38,051 bases of DNA from a virus (IMGVR_UViG_3300016659_000052:1-38051), one strand, 5' to 3'; shown: positions 8,040 to 17,020, counted from the first letter of the stretch. The notes: generated by a model not told the origin, from the letters alone. Translations and numbers: made by a program.

Positions 8040-8394
8040 CATCGAAGCCGCGTGGCGCTGGCTGCAAGGCGCGATGGAGCCCGCCTCCGAAGCCGAGATC
8101 GAGCGCACGCTTGCGGTCGTGTCGCAGCTCGTGGCGCGCGGGCGCGGCGGTGACGACGAGGCCGCCGACCTCCAGCTTGAGGCGTACGTCGCCAAGCTGC
8201 GGCGCTACCCGGCCGACATTGCGCTGGCGGTGCTGAACCGCTGGCCGGACACCGAGCGCTTCTGGCCGACGTGGTCGGAAATCAAGGCGCGGCTCGACCG
8301 CCTGACGTGGCGCCGGCGCCAGATGCTGGAGGCCCTGGAAACGGAGCGCCCGGAAAACCCCGCGCGCGAACTTGCGCGGTCTGCCGCGCCCTGA
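8002..8394 (+). CDS. Helicase loader/inhibitor-like protein (possible upstream start at 7828)
   Basis: AYVAKLRRYPADIA...RFWPTWSEI motif; follows the initiator; GGGAG before ATG 8002. Confidence 0.6.
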   Translation: MRVVRLKSSSTHDIEAAWRWLQGAMEPASEAEIERTLAVVSQLVARGRGGDDEAADLQLEAYVAKLRRYPADIALAVLNRWPDTERFWPTWSEIKARLDRLTWRRRQMLEALETERPENPARELARSAAP

Positions 8395-8421
8395 CCTACC
8401 CGACGACACCCGGAGCCACCC

Positions 8422-8613
8422 ATGTCCCGCCACACCGCACCCCATCCCGACGACACCCGCGCCGAACAGCGCCTCGCGCGATGGGCCGCGCTGACGCCCG
8501 ACGAGCGGGCCGAGCGGGTGGCGACAGCCAAGCGGCGGCGCATCCTGGAGGGCATCATCCGCGCGTCGCTGATCGGCGTGACGCTGCGCTCCGACGCGGC
8601 GCTTCGCCCCTGA
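8422..8613 (+). CDS. Hypothetical protein
   Basis: GGAG RBS; coupled to the next gene. Confidence 0.6.
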   Translation: MSRHTAPHPDDTRAEQRLARWAALTPDERAERVATAKRRRILEGIIRASLIGVTLRSDAALRP

Positions 8614-8945
8614 TGGCCGGCCCGCCGCTCAATTGGCCGGTGCGTCTGGCGATGCTCGCGCGGCTGATGATGGGCCCGGCGACGGCGCACGAACTCGACC
8701 GCCAGTGCGGCGCGGCGGCGGGTGTCGCCTACCACATCCTGCTGGCGTGGGAGCGGCGCGGATGGGTCCGCCGCCACGCCCGGAAGTACCCGCACATGTG
8801 GACCCTTAACGTCCATCAAACGCCCGTTTGCCGGACTGGTAAATTCGGCGCGGAAAGCGAGGGTCCGAATACACAGTCCGAAAATCTATCGCCGTTGCGC
8901 GCCATGGAAAACACCGTGAACGCCTCACGGGGGGTCCGGGGTTAA
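8613..8945 (+). CDS. Winged-helix protein; its C-terminus runs through the putative res site
   Basis: LMMGPATAHELDRQCG...AYHILLAWERRGWVRR. Confidence 0.55.
   Translation: MAGPPLNWPVRLAMLARLMMGPATAHELDRQCGAAAGVAYHILLAWERRGWVRRHARKYPHMWTLNVHQTPVCRTGKFGAESEGPNTQSENLSPLRAMENTVNASRGVRG
8805..8944. promoter_or_regulatory. Putative res/crossover region for the serine recombinase
   Basis: AT-richer than its surroundings; imperfect dyad GTCCATCAAACG-CC-CGTTTGCCGGAC; repeated GTCCGAA; lies directly upstream of the recombinase. Confidence 0.45.
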
Positions 8946-9517
8946 TGCCGAAGTTAGGATATGCCCGCGTTTCGACCGAGGATCAGAACCTCGACCTGCA
9001 GGTCCGCGCGCTTGAACTGGCGGGCTGCGACGAGATCGTCACCGACAAGGGACAGTCGGGGTCGCGCTTTGAACGGCCCGGCCTGAACCGCATCCTTCGG
9101 GTCATCAAGCCCGGCGACACGCTCGTCGTTTGGCGTCTCGACCGGCTGGGCCGGAGCTTGAAGCACCTCATCGAGACCGTGGACCGGCTGAAGGAGCGCG
9201 GCGTCCATTTCGCCAGCCTCCAAGAGTCCATCGACACGTCGAGCGCCGGCGGGAACCTGATCTTCCAGATCATGGGCGCGCTCGCCGAGTTCGAGCGCAA
9301 GCTCATCATTGAGCGCACCAATGCCGGCATCGCGGCGTCGAAGGCGCGCGGCGTGAAGGGCGGGCGCCGGCCGGTCACCACGCCCGACAAGCTTGCCCGC
9401 GCGCGCGACCTCATCGCCGCCGGGCAGATAAGCATGGGCGCCATCGCCAAGGAGATCGGGGTCTCGCGCTCCACGCTCTACAAGGCGCTCGCCGAGGCGG
9501 GCGGGCGAGCCCCGTGA
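8945..9517 (+). CDS. Small serine recombinase (resolvase/invertase family) with C-terminal HTH
   Basis: GYARVST catalytic Ser, RPGL, GDTLVVWRLDRLGRS, ALAEFER..I.ERT.AG, GGR.P, IAKEIGVSRSTLY. Confidence 0.95.
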   Translation: MPKLGYARVSTEDQNLDLQVRALELAGCDEIVTDKGQSGSRFERPGLNRILRVIKPGDTLVVWRLDRLGRSLKHLIETVDRLKERGVHFASLQESIDTSSAGGNLIFQIMGALAEFERKLIIERTNAGIAASKARGVKGGRRPVTTPDKLARARDLIAAGQISMGAIAKEIGVSRSTLYKALAEAGGRAP

Positions 9518-9555
9518 ACCCAATCGCAACGGTCTTCAGGCAGGGGCTTTAGTCC

Positions 9556-10164
9556 ATGGACCGCCAGCAGATCGTCGCGCAGCTTGACAAGCTCCCGCTC
9601 TTCGCCTGGGCGGTCTGGCGCATCGACGGGGGCCCGCCGCCCGCCTTCGTTCCCGCCGCCCCGCCGCGGCCTCCGAAAACCAAACCCGCCCCGCCGCCCG
9701 CCGACGCGATCTGGAAGCCCCGCGTGTTCTCGTTCGTCGAGGCCCGCGCGGCCTGCGTCGCCGCGTTCGCCGGCGCCCCCGCACCGACCCGCGAACCGAC
9801 CCCCGCCGAACGGCTCCTCGCCGCGATCTGCGCCGACGCCCGCATCGCTCGCGCCATCGGCGCGCCGGAAGCCCTTGACGCCCTCGACGCCCCGTCCACC
9901 GTCGCCGTCGAAACCGCCGACGACCGCCTGCGCGTGGATCTCGGCTATCACGGCGCGCGCGAGCACCTCGAAGAGGCCGTCTCCGCGCTGGGCGCCGTCG
10001 CCCGCAGCCTTGGACTCACCGCGCGCACCGCCACCGCACAGGTCTTCCCGCTGCGCGCCCGAACCGCCCGCGCCGGCAAAGTCGGCTGGCGCGCCAGCGT
10101 GTTCGTGACCGCGCCGGCGCCTGTTGTCCGCACGCAGGAGAACGCCGCCACACTGGCGGCATGA
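9556..10164 (+). CDS. Hypothetical protein at the early/late boundary
   Basis: 202-aa ORF with phage-like codon usage; ATGA overlap with the next gene. Confidence 0.65.
   Translation: MDRQQIVAQLDKLPLFAWAVWRIDGGPPPAFVPAAPPRPPKTKPAPPPADAIWKPRVFSFVEARAACVAAFAGAPAPTREPTPAERLLAAICADARIARAIGAPEALDALDAPSTVAVETADDRLRVDLGYHGAREHLEEAVSALGAVARSLGLTARTATAQVFPLRARTARAGKVGWRASVFVTAPAPVVRTQENAATLAA
10127..10160 (+). promoter_or_regulatory. Putative late promoter 1 (leaderless)
   Basis: TCCGC-N17-CACACT-N6-ATG. Confidence 0.6.
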
Positions 10165-10445
10165 CCGCACTACTCGACGTGCTTCTCGCCGCCGGCCCCT
10201 GGGGCGTGCTCGCCGCCGGCCTTGTCGCCGTCGTTTTGTGGGCCGCGCGCATCGATCACCGCCTCGACGGCCTCGACCACGAACACAAGGGCCGCGTGCC
10301 GAAGGTCGAGCGCGCCGTCGACCAGCTCGAAGCCGACTTCGCCGCCATGAACACCCAGCTCGCCAAGCTCGACACCCGCACCGAGAACATCGAAAAAGGC
10401 GTCGACCGCGTGGTGAGCCTGCTCGACCGGGAGCGGACGCGGTGA
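10161..10445 (+). CDS. Single-TM plus coiled-coil protein (holin/XhlA-like)
   Basis: Hydrophobic N-terminus, then heptads ending LAKLDTRTENIEKGVDRV. Confidence 0.6.
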   Translation: MTALLDVLLAAGPWGVLAAGLVAVVLWAARIDHRLDGLDHEHKGRVPKVERAVDQLEADFAAMNTQLAKLDTRTENIEKGVDRVVSLLDRERTR

Positions 10446-10942
10446 GCGTCTCGCCGCGGCGCGCCGGGCGCCCGCGCACCTACGCGCGCAAGGTCGCCGA
10501 CGCGATCCTTCTCGACATCGCCGAAGGCGAACACTCGCTGCGCCACGCCTGCGCAAGCCATGGCGTGCCCCCCGGCACGTTCTGCGGCTGGGTGGTGGAT
10601 GACATCGACGGCATTGCCGAACGCTACATGCGCGCGCGGAAAATCCGCGCCCACGGCCTGGCCGATGAGATCATCGAGATCGCCGACTTCAAGGCCGACG
10701 ACTTCGTGGAGACCGAGCGCGGGGTCGCGTTCAACCGCGAAGCCGTGCAGCGTTCGGCGCTGAAGGTGGACGCCCGCAAATGGCTTTTGTCGAAGATGCT
10801 GCGCGATGAGTTCGGCGAGAAGGTCCAGCACAGCGGCGCCATCGGCCTCGATGTCACCGGCGCAACTGACAGCCTCCTTGCGAAGCTGGGCGGCGGGACT
10901 GCCGCGGGACCAGCGTCGCGCGAACCTGAGGGCGGCGGCTGA
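10442..10942 (+). CDS. terS: Terminase small subunit (Sf6 gp1-like)
   Basis: GRPRTY...ADAI...IAEG..SLR..C, RYMRAR, ADEIIEIAD, LKVDARKWLLSK. Confidence 0.85.
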   Translation: MSVSPRRAGRPRTYARKVADAILLDIAEGEHSLRHACASHGVPPGTFCGWVVDDIDGIAERYMRARKIRAHGLADEIIEIADFKADDFVETERGVAFNREAVQRSALKVDARKWLLSKMLRDEFGEKVQHSGAIGLDVTGATDSLLAKLGGGTAAGPASREPEGGG

Positions 10943-12233
10943 AGCGGGCGCGCTGACCGAGGACGAAGCCGCCGTTGCGCTCTATGCATGGGATGCGTTC
11001 CACGCGCGCGAGAACCAGCTTGCGCCGGCATGGGCGTGGCGCGTCTGGCTGCTGCTTGCGGGCCGGGGCTTCGGCAAGACACGCACGGGCGTCGAATGGC
11101 TGCGCGCGCGGGCAGAAGCGGGCGTCGGACCGCTGCATCTCGTGGGCCGCACCGCCGCCGACGTGCGCGACGTGCTCATCGAAGGCCCGGCGGGCGTGAT
11201 GGCGATCTCGCCGCCGTGGTTCCGGCCGCGCTACGAGCCGTCGAAGCGCCGGATCACATGGCCGAACGGCGTCTATGCCCTGACCTTCAGCGCCGACGAA
11301 CCGGACCAGCTTCGCGGGCCGCAGTGCGCCGCCGCGCTCGCCGATGAGCTGGCGGCCTGGCAATACGTCGAAGACACATGGTCGAACCTGCTTCTCGGGC
11401 TTCGCCTCGGCGACAATCCGCAGGTCGCCGCGATGACGACGCCGCGCCCGCTGCCGATCATCCGCCGCCTCGCCGCCGATCCGCGCAACGCGGTGACGCG
11501 CGGCTCCACCCGCGACAACGTGGAGAACCTTGCGCGCTCCGCGGTGGAGGACCTCTACAAGCGCTATGAGGGCACGCGGCTGGGCCGCCAGGAGCTCGAA
11601 GGCGAGATCCTCGACGACGTGCCGGGCGCGCTCTGGACGCGGGACATGATCGAGGCGACACGACCCGCGCGCGCGTTCCCCGGAATGCGCCCGCCGCCGC
11701 TGGACGCTTTCGAGCGCATCGTCGTCGGCGTCGACCCGAGCGGCTCCGATGGCGAGCGCGGCGACTGGATCGGCATCGTCGCAGCGGGCAGGCTCAAGCC
11801 GCAGGCCGCGCGCGAATGGGGGCGGGAGTTCGTGGTCCTCGCCGATCTCACCTGTCAGGAACGCCCGGAAATCTGGGCGCGGATCGTCGCCGACGCCTTC
11901 ACCACGACCAAGGCCGATCGCGTCATCGCCGAGAGCAATTTCGGCGGCGCCATGGTGCGCGCGGTCATTCAGGCCGCCGCGCCGAACATCCCGGTCGACC
12001 TTGTCCACGCCAGCCGCGGCAAGCACGTCCGCGCCGAGCCGGTGAGCGCGCTCTATGAGCAGAACCGCGTCGTCCACGCCGAGGCGTTCCCGGCGATGGA
12101 AGACGAACTGTGCCTCTTCACCGGGTCCGGCTACCAGGGCGAGGACAGCCCGAACCGCGCCGATGCGCTGGTCTGGGCGTTGACGGCCCTTGCGCTGAAC
12201 ACGTTGCCCGAGCCCTCAATCCGCTTCCTGTGA
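10851..12233 (+). CDS. terL: Terminase large subunit (GTA-like)
   Basis: Walker A AGRGFGKT, LRGPQ, Walker B ALADE, TTPRP, VVGVDPS nuclease motif, SPNRADALVWA. Confidence 0.95.
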   Translation: MSPAQLTASLRSWAAGLPRDQRRANLRAAAEAGALTEDEAAVALYAWDAFHARENQLAPAWAWRVWLLLAGRGFGKTRTGVEWLRARAEAGVGPLHLVGRTAADVRDVLIEGPAGVMAISPPWFRPRYEPSKRRITWPNGVYALTFSADEPDQLRGPQCAAALADELAAWQYVEDTWSNLLLGLRLGDNPQVAAMTTPRPLPIIRRLAADPRNAVTRGSTRDNVENLARSAVEDLYKRYEGTRLGRQELEGEILDDVPGALWTRDMIEATRPARAFPGMRPPPLDAFERIVVGVDPSGSDGERGDWIGIVAAGRLKPQAAREWGREFVVLADLTCQERPEIWARIVADAFTTTKADRVIAESNFGGAMVRAVIQAAAPNIPVDLVHASRGKHVRAEPVSALYEQNRVVHAEAFPAMEDELCLFTGSGYQGEDSPNRADALVWALTALALNTLPEPSIRFL

Positions 12234-12243
12234 CCGCGCGCGC

Positions 12244-13716
12244 ATGATCGCGGGCGTGAAGATCACCGACCGCATCACCGCCGCCGGCAAGGCGCTCCTT
12301 GCGCCAGCGCCCGCCGCTCCGCTCGTGCTGGAGCAGAAGGCGTCCTACGCCCAGCAGGTGGCGGTCGCGCTCAAGGTCGGGCAAGCCCAATGGTCGCCCT
12401 ACGAGTACCGCCGCCTCGTCGTTCAATTCGCGCGCAACCCGATCGTTCATAGATGCGTGACCTTGATCGCCGAGGCGGTGGCCCACATTGAACCGGTGGT
12501 GACCGAGGGCGGGCGCGAGGACACCGCGCTGACCCGCGGCGTCACCGAAAAGCTCAATCGCCCGAACCCGGACATGGACCGCACCGCGCTGGTCTCGCGG
12601 CTCGCGGGCTTCGACTGCCTGCATGGCAACGCCTTCGTCGAGATGATCCGCGTCGGCGCGACGCCGGTGGAGTTGCACGCGCCGCGGCCGGAATTCTTCC
12701 AGATCATCCCCGGCGTGGACGGCTGGCCCGCGGTCTATCGCTACGAGGCCAACGGCGCGCGCCGGGACTACCGGGCCGACGTGCAGAACGGCAAGAGCGA
12801 GATCCTGCACATCCGGCGGTTCAACCCGAGCGACGACATCTGGGGCCTTGGTTGTCTCTGGCCCGCATCGCGCGACCTCGAAATCTACGAGCGGGCGCAG
12901 GACATGGCTAAGGCGCTGTTCGATAATGGCGCGACGCCCTCGGGGGCGCTCGTCTATGCGCCCCAGGTTGCGCCCGGCGGTGCGGCCCCGACGCTGACGG
13001 ATGAGCAGTACGCGCGGCTCAAGGACCAGCTTGAGAAGCGGGTCATGGGCGCGAAGAACACCGGGCGCCCGATGCTGCTCGACGGCGGCCTAGACTGGAA
13101 GCCGTTCGGGATGACGATGGTCGATTTGGGCGCCGAGGAGATCAGGAACGAGGCCGCGCGCGGGATTGCGCGGGCGTTCGGCGTGCCGCCGATGCTGCTC
13201 GGCATTCCCGGCGACAACACCTACTCGAACTACCAGGAGGCGAACCGCGCCTTCTACCGGGCGACGGTCATTCCCGCCGCGCAACGCATCTACGGCGCCA
13301 TCGGTCGCTGGTGGGCGGCGTGGTTCGCGCGCGCGCTCGAATTCAAGGTCGACGCCGACGACATCTACGCGCTCGCCGAAGAGGTTGACGCAAAATGGAC
13401 GCGCCTCGGCGGCTCCGGGGAATTGACCCTGAACGAGAAGCGCGAGGCCATGGGCTACGAGGCGCTGTCGCCGGAGCTTGGCGACCAGGTGTACGCCGAC
13501 AGCTTCCGCCAGCCGCTGGGCGCGACGATCCGCACGGCGGAAGCGGGCGCGGTGTCCGCCGAGATCGGCGCGCAGTCGGCGGACGTGGCGCTGCAGTACC
13601 AGATCCAGAACCCCGCCTATGATCCGGCCAAGGACGCCGACGGCGATGGCACGTCGAGCGACGGGACGGGCAAGGACAGCACCAAGAACCCGGCCAAGAA
13701 GACACCGAAGGAGTAG
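12244..13716 (+). CDS. Portal protein (HK97 family)
   Basis: NPIVHRCV..IAEAVA, LNRPNP, HGNAF, F.NGATPSGAL, LDGGLDW, IARAFGVPPMLLGIPGDNTYSNYQEA. Confidence 0.95.
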   Translation: MIAGVKITDRITAAGKALLAPAPAAPLVLEQKASYAQQVAVALKVGQAQWSPYEYRRLVVQFARNPIVHRCVTLIAEAVAHIEPVVTEGGREDTALTRGVTEKLNRPNPDMDRTALVSRLAGFDCLHGNAFVEMIRVGATPVELHAPRPEFFQIIPGVDGWPAVYRYEANGARRDYRADVQNGKSEILHIRRFNPSDDIWGLGCLWPASRDLEIYERAQDMAKALFDNGATPSGALVYAPQVAPGGAAPTLTDEQYARLKDQLEKRVMGAKNTGRPMLLDGGLDWKPFGMTMVDLGAEEIRNEAARGIARAFGVPPMLLGIPGDNTYSNYQEANRAFYRATVIPAAQRIYGAIGRWWAAWFARALEFKVDADDIYALAEEVDAKWTRLGGSGELTLNEKREAMGYEALSPELGDQVYADSFRQPLGATIRTAEAGAVSAEIGAQSADVALQYQIQNPAYDPAKDADGDGTSSDGTGKDSTKNPAKKTPKE

Positions 13717-13720
13717 GGCG

Positions 13721-14119
13721 ATGCGCCTGCGCGAACTGATGATCCTTGAGGCGAAGAAGGTGACCTTCCGCGGCCGCCGCATGTCGTCGAGCGAGCGCCG
13801 GGCGATGGCTGGTGGCCTCGCTGGCGTCAACAAGCAGGGCGGCGTTGTGCGCTTGAACGCCGAGGACGCCACACAGCTCGGCATGACGTCTGCCGCGCGC
13901 CCCGCTGGCAGGAACAAGCCCACCGCTGCGCGCCTGCGCAAGGCGGGCGTGGTGGTTCCCAACCGCGCGGGCCTGAAGCGCGCCGACCGGCTGGCGCAAC
14001 GCCGCGGGAAGCTGGTTGCGGCGAAGAACAAGCCGCCGCGCAAGCCGCGCGCGCGTCGCTCCACCACGCCGCGTGCGTCCACGAGCGTGCGCATGGCTGC
14101 AATGGGCGGCATGTTCTGA
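13721..14119 (+). CDS. Highly basic protein A, candidate internal head protein
   Basis: AGGAG RBS; MRLRELMILEAKKVTFRGRRMS...; about 25% Arg+Lys by manual count; exactly fills the portal-MuF gap. Confidence 0.7.
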   Translation: MRLRELMILEAKKVTFRGRRMSSSERRAMAGGLAGVNKQGGVVRLNAEDATQLGMTSAARPAGRNKPTAARLRKAGVVVPNRAGLKRADRLAQRRGKLVAAKNKPPRKPRARRSTTPRASTSVRMAAMGGMF

Positions 14120-14123
14120 GGCC

Positions 14124-15173
14124 ATGATCGACCCCGCCGCGCGCCCGCTGCTCGCGGCCCTGCAGCACGCCGAAGACGCCTTCGAGGCCGAACTCGCGCG
14201 CACCCTCACCGCATGGGAGCGCGCGCTGGCGATCCCGCCGAAGGGGCCGGAGGCCCTCGCGCGCGTGATCGCGCAACGCCTCCTCGCCATGATGGAGCGC
14301 GCGCTGGTGATCCAGCGGCAGGGCTGGCGCGAGACCGAGGCCAAGGACGTCAACACGTTCGAGGCCGCCCGCGTGGACTATGCCCGCACCCGCGCCGCCG
14401 ATCTGGTGGTCGCGGTCACGGACGAGACCCGCGCCCGCATCCGCGCCATCGTGGCGGAAGGCACGGCGCGCGGCCTGAATGCCGACGGCATCCGGCGCGA
14501 GATCGCCACGCTGGTGGACGGGATCGCGGGCCGGTCCCCGAAGCAGCGCGCCGCCGTCATCGCCCGCACTGAACTGCACAACGCCGCGACATGGGCGCAG
14601 GAGCAGGAAGCGCTCGCCTTGCGCCGCCGGGGCGCCGATCTCGTGAAGGTCTGGACCGCGACCATGGACCGGCGCACCCGTCCCGCGCACCGCAGGGCGA
14701 ACGGCCAGGTCCGCGAGATCGAACAGGACTTCAACGTCGGCGGCAGGGCCATGCGCCGCCCCGGCGATCCGCGCGGCGGGCCGGAGAACACGATCCAGTG
14801 CCGGTGCATCGCCCGGCACATCCCGCGCCGTCAGGTCGCCGACGACCGCCAGCGCCGCGCGCGCGACATGGCCCCGGCGCTCACCGCGCGGGCCGGAAAG
14901 GTCGCCGCCCTTGATCCCCGCGCGCTTGAGCTTGACGCCGCGCTTGCCGCCGCCGTGGTGAGCGAGGCCGCGCGCCTCAATCCCGGCGTGCCGCTCGCCG
15001 CGCCCCGGATCGACGGCGCCATCCCGCGCCTGCCGCAGATCGCCGGGCACGACTGGACGGTCGCGCGCGACGAGCGCGGCCCCGCCGCTTTCCTCACGCC
15101 CGCCGGTGCGTCGATAGTCTGGGAAGAACTGGTCGCGGCATGGGCCGCGGCGTTCGAGGAGCGGTCGCCGTGA
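14124..15173 (+). CDS. MuF/SPP1 gp7-like head morphogenesis protein with C-terminal extension
   Basis: IARTELHNA, KVW.AT.D.RTRPAH...NGQ, PGDP......IQCRC. Confidence 0.9.
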   Translation: MIDPAARPLLAALQHAEDAFEAELARTLTAWERALAIPPKGPEALARVIAQRLLAMMERALVIQRQGWRETEAKDVNTFEAARVDYARTRAADLVVAVTDETRARIRAIVAEGTARGLNADGIRREIATLVDGIAGRSPKQRAAVIARTELHNAATWAQEQEALALRRRGADLVKVWTATMDRRTRPAHRRANGQVREIEQDFNVGGRAMRRPGDPRGGPENTIQCRCIARHIPRRQVADDRQRRARDMAPALTARAGKVAALDPRALELDAALAAAVVSEAARLNPGVPLAAPRIDGAIPRLPQIAGHDWTVARDERGPAAFLTPAGASIVWEELVAAWAAAFEERSP

Positions 15174-15514
15174 CAAGCCTGCGGGCGCTGATCCTCCTCG
15201 ACCTGAAGGCGATCCGGGTCGGCAAGGGCGCCTATCGCCGGTTGGCGATGAGCGAGAGCCCGCGGGTGCAGGCCGCGATCGCTTCGGGCCGGGTGGTCGC
15301 CGTCGATGCGCGGGGCCGCCGGTTGACCCCGGCGCAGACCGAACGGCGCAACCGCCGCATGGGGTTGGCGCGGCCCGTCCGGGTGATCGGGCGCGCGGGC
15401 GACGGGTCGATCCTGCCGGTCTGGTCGGGCAACTCCAGCCGCCCCCACAGGTCGGGCGACCTGATGGAAGCGGCCATGATGGGGCGGTCGAAAAAACGCA
15501 GGAGGCGGTTGTGA
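15170..15514 (+). CDS. Highly basic protein B, candidate internal head protein
   Basis: GAGGAG RBS, GTGA overlap; MTSLRALILLDLKAIR...SKKRRRRL. Confidence 0.65.
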   Translation: MTSLRALILLDLKAIRVGKGAYRRLAMSESPRVQAAIASGRVVAVDARGRRLTPAQTERRNRRMGLARPVRVIGRAGDGSILPVWSGNSSRPHRSGDLMEAAMMGRSKKRRRRL

Positions 15515-15888
15515 TGCGGGATCTGGTGCTGTTGGAGCTAAAGAAGGTTACCTATCGCGGCGTGCGAATGAGCAGGGCGCAGCGCCGAAACGTGGCTTAC
15601 AAGACGCCGCAACTCCGGGCGCGGGCGAGCACCATTTACCGCCTCAACAGCGGTCGCAACGTCTACGACGCCGGAAGCATGAGGGGCGATCCCGGCGTGA
15701 CCCTGCTGGGCGCGTTCGAGACGCCCGCGGCGCGCCCAAAAGGTCAAGCCGCGCGGGCCAAGCGACTTCGGGCCGCCGGTGTCGGTCCCGCCAAGCCGTC
15801 GAAGAGAATGAAGGCCATCAGGAAGGCGCGGGGCGATCTTCAGGCCGCGCGCCAGAGCGCCCGCGCATTCATCACAGCGAACCGCTAG
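15514..15888 (+). CDS. Highly basic protein C, N-terminal paralog of A
   Basis: AGGAGG RBS; MRDLVLLELKKVTYRGVRMS... Confidence 0.7.
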   Translation: MRDLVLLELKKVTYRGVRMSRAQRRNVAYKTPQLRARASTIYRLNSGRNVYDAGSMRGDPGVTLLGAFETPAARPKGQAARAKRLRAAGVGPAKPSKRMKAIRKARGDLQAARQSARAFITANR

Positions 15889-16118
15889 CGCCGGGCGCGC
15901 ACGAAGCGCTGAAGCACGGCGAGCGCCTGATCGGGGGTGGGGTCGCCCGCAGCCTCCAGCGCATCGAGGCCGGCGATCAGCGTGTCCTTCAGGCTCGCGC
16001 CCCGCGCCTTGGCGACCGCCTTCCAGCGGGCGTGCTCGGCCTCGGAGAGGTAGATCGAGGTTGACCGGATGCCGCTCGCGGCGCGGCTGTCCTTCACGGC
16101 TTTCGAGGTCGCTTTCAT
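15885..16118 (-). CDS. Ribbon-helix-helix/CopG-like regulator
   Basis: STSIYLSEAEHARWKAVAKARGASLKDTLIAGL (beta-alpha-alpha pattern). Confidence 0.65.
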   Translation of the reverse strand: MKATSKAVKDSRAASGIRSTSIYLSEAEHARWKAVAKARGASLKDTLIAGLDALEAAGDPTPDQALAVLQRFVRARR

Positions 16119-16128
16119 GCGCCCGGCC

Positions 16129-16184
16129 TTAGCGCTTTCTTTAGCGCTTGACAATACCCGTGCTTAGGGCTAGATTTAGCGCTA
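16129..16184 (+). promoter_or_regulatory. Moron promoter (TTGACA 16148, GCTAGATT -10) overlapped by four TTAG(C/G)GCT boxes
   Basis: Boxes at 16129, 16141, 16164 and 16176, forming two pairs spaced 12 bp. Confidence 0.7.
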
Positions 16185-16284
16185 GGTCGGGTCGCCGACC
16201 TTCCCCCACAATCCAGGCTCTTGCGCCCCGGCGGCTGGCACCGCCGGGGCCACGCGACGCAAGAGCCGCATCGGAGCTGACCCG

Positions 16285-17001
16285 ATGACGAAAGGTACCA
16301 CAGAAGCCCGCCCCGAAGTCCAGTGGCTTTCCGGGGCGGCGGTCTGGGCGATCACTGCGGCAAGCTCCGCGCTGGGCGCCTGGGGTTGGAGCGTGACGGC
16401 GACCGGCATGGTCTCCGTCGTGCTGGTGACGCTGGCGATCTCCTCGGAGGTCCTCGGCGTCCGGCTGGCGCTCAGGATCGAGGATGCTGTCCGGGCGAAA
16501 GCCTGGGCGCGGGTCGCGGTTCTGGCGCTGCTGATGATCGGCGTGGTCGGCATGAACGCTTACTCCGGCAAGCGGGCCCTCCACATGATCGAGACGGACC
16601 GGGCCGCCCCGTATGTCGCCGCCGAGGCGGTGCGTGCGGAAGCGGCGCGGGAGGTGGCGCGGATCGAGGCGGAAATCGCCGCGATCCCCGCGCTTCCTGC
16701 CAACGTCTCGGCGACGCGGCTCAGCGGTTACCGCGAAGCCCGGAACGCCGAACTGGCCCGTCTGGAGCCGCAGCGCGCGGCGGCGGTCGCCCGCCTCAAG
16801 GCGCTGCCGGTCATCGAAGCCCCACCTCCGGCGATCCCGCCGCAAGCGATGTTCCTGATGCTCGCCCTGATTGAGCTTTTGAAAGCTGCGGCGCCATGGG
16901 CGCTTGCCGAGGCCCGCCGATCCGCCGTCGCCCATGCCGCGCCGGTGATCGACATCAACGCAGGCCGGGAACTTGCCCGGAAGCGGTGGGCCAGAGCCTG
17001 A
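16285..17001 (+). CDS. Moron membrane protein: 3 TM + coiled coil + TM + basic tail
   Basis: GGAG RBS; four hydrophobic segments; has its own promoter and terminator. Confidence 0.75.
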   Translation: MTKGTTEARPEVQWLSGAAVWAITAASSALGAWGWSVTATGMVSVVLVTLAISSEVLGVRLALRIEDAVRAKAWARVAVLALLMIGVVGMNAYSGKRALHMIETDRAAPYVAAEAVRAEAAREVARIEAEIAAIPALPANVSATRLSGYREARNAELARLEPQRAAAVARLKALPVIEAPPPAIPPQAMFLMLALIELLKAAAPWALAEARRSAVAHAAPVIDINAGRELARKRWARA

Positions 17002-17020
17002 ACCTCCACTGACCTAGCAC

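Noticed and set aside
14088-14123. Seventh late promoter before muF (TGCGC-N17-CATGTT)
   Set aside because: Mismatch in the pentamer and 31-nt spacing; inside a coding region and too weak
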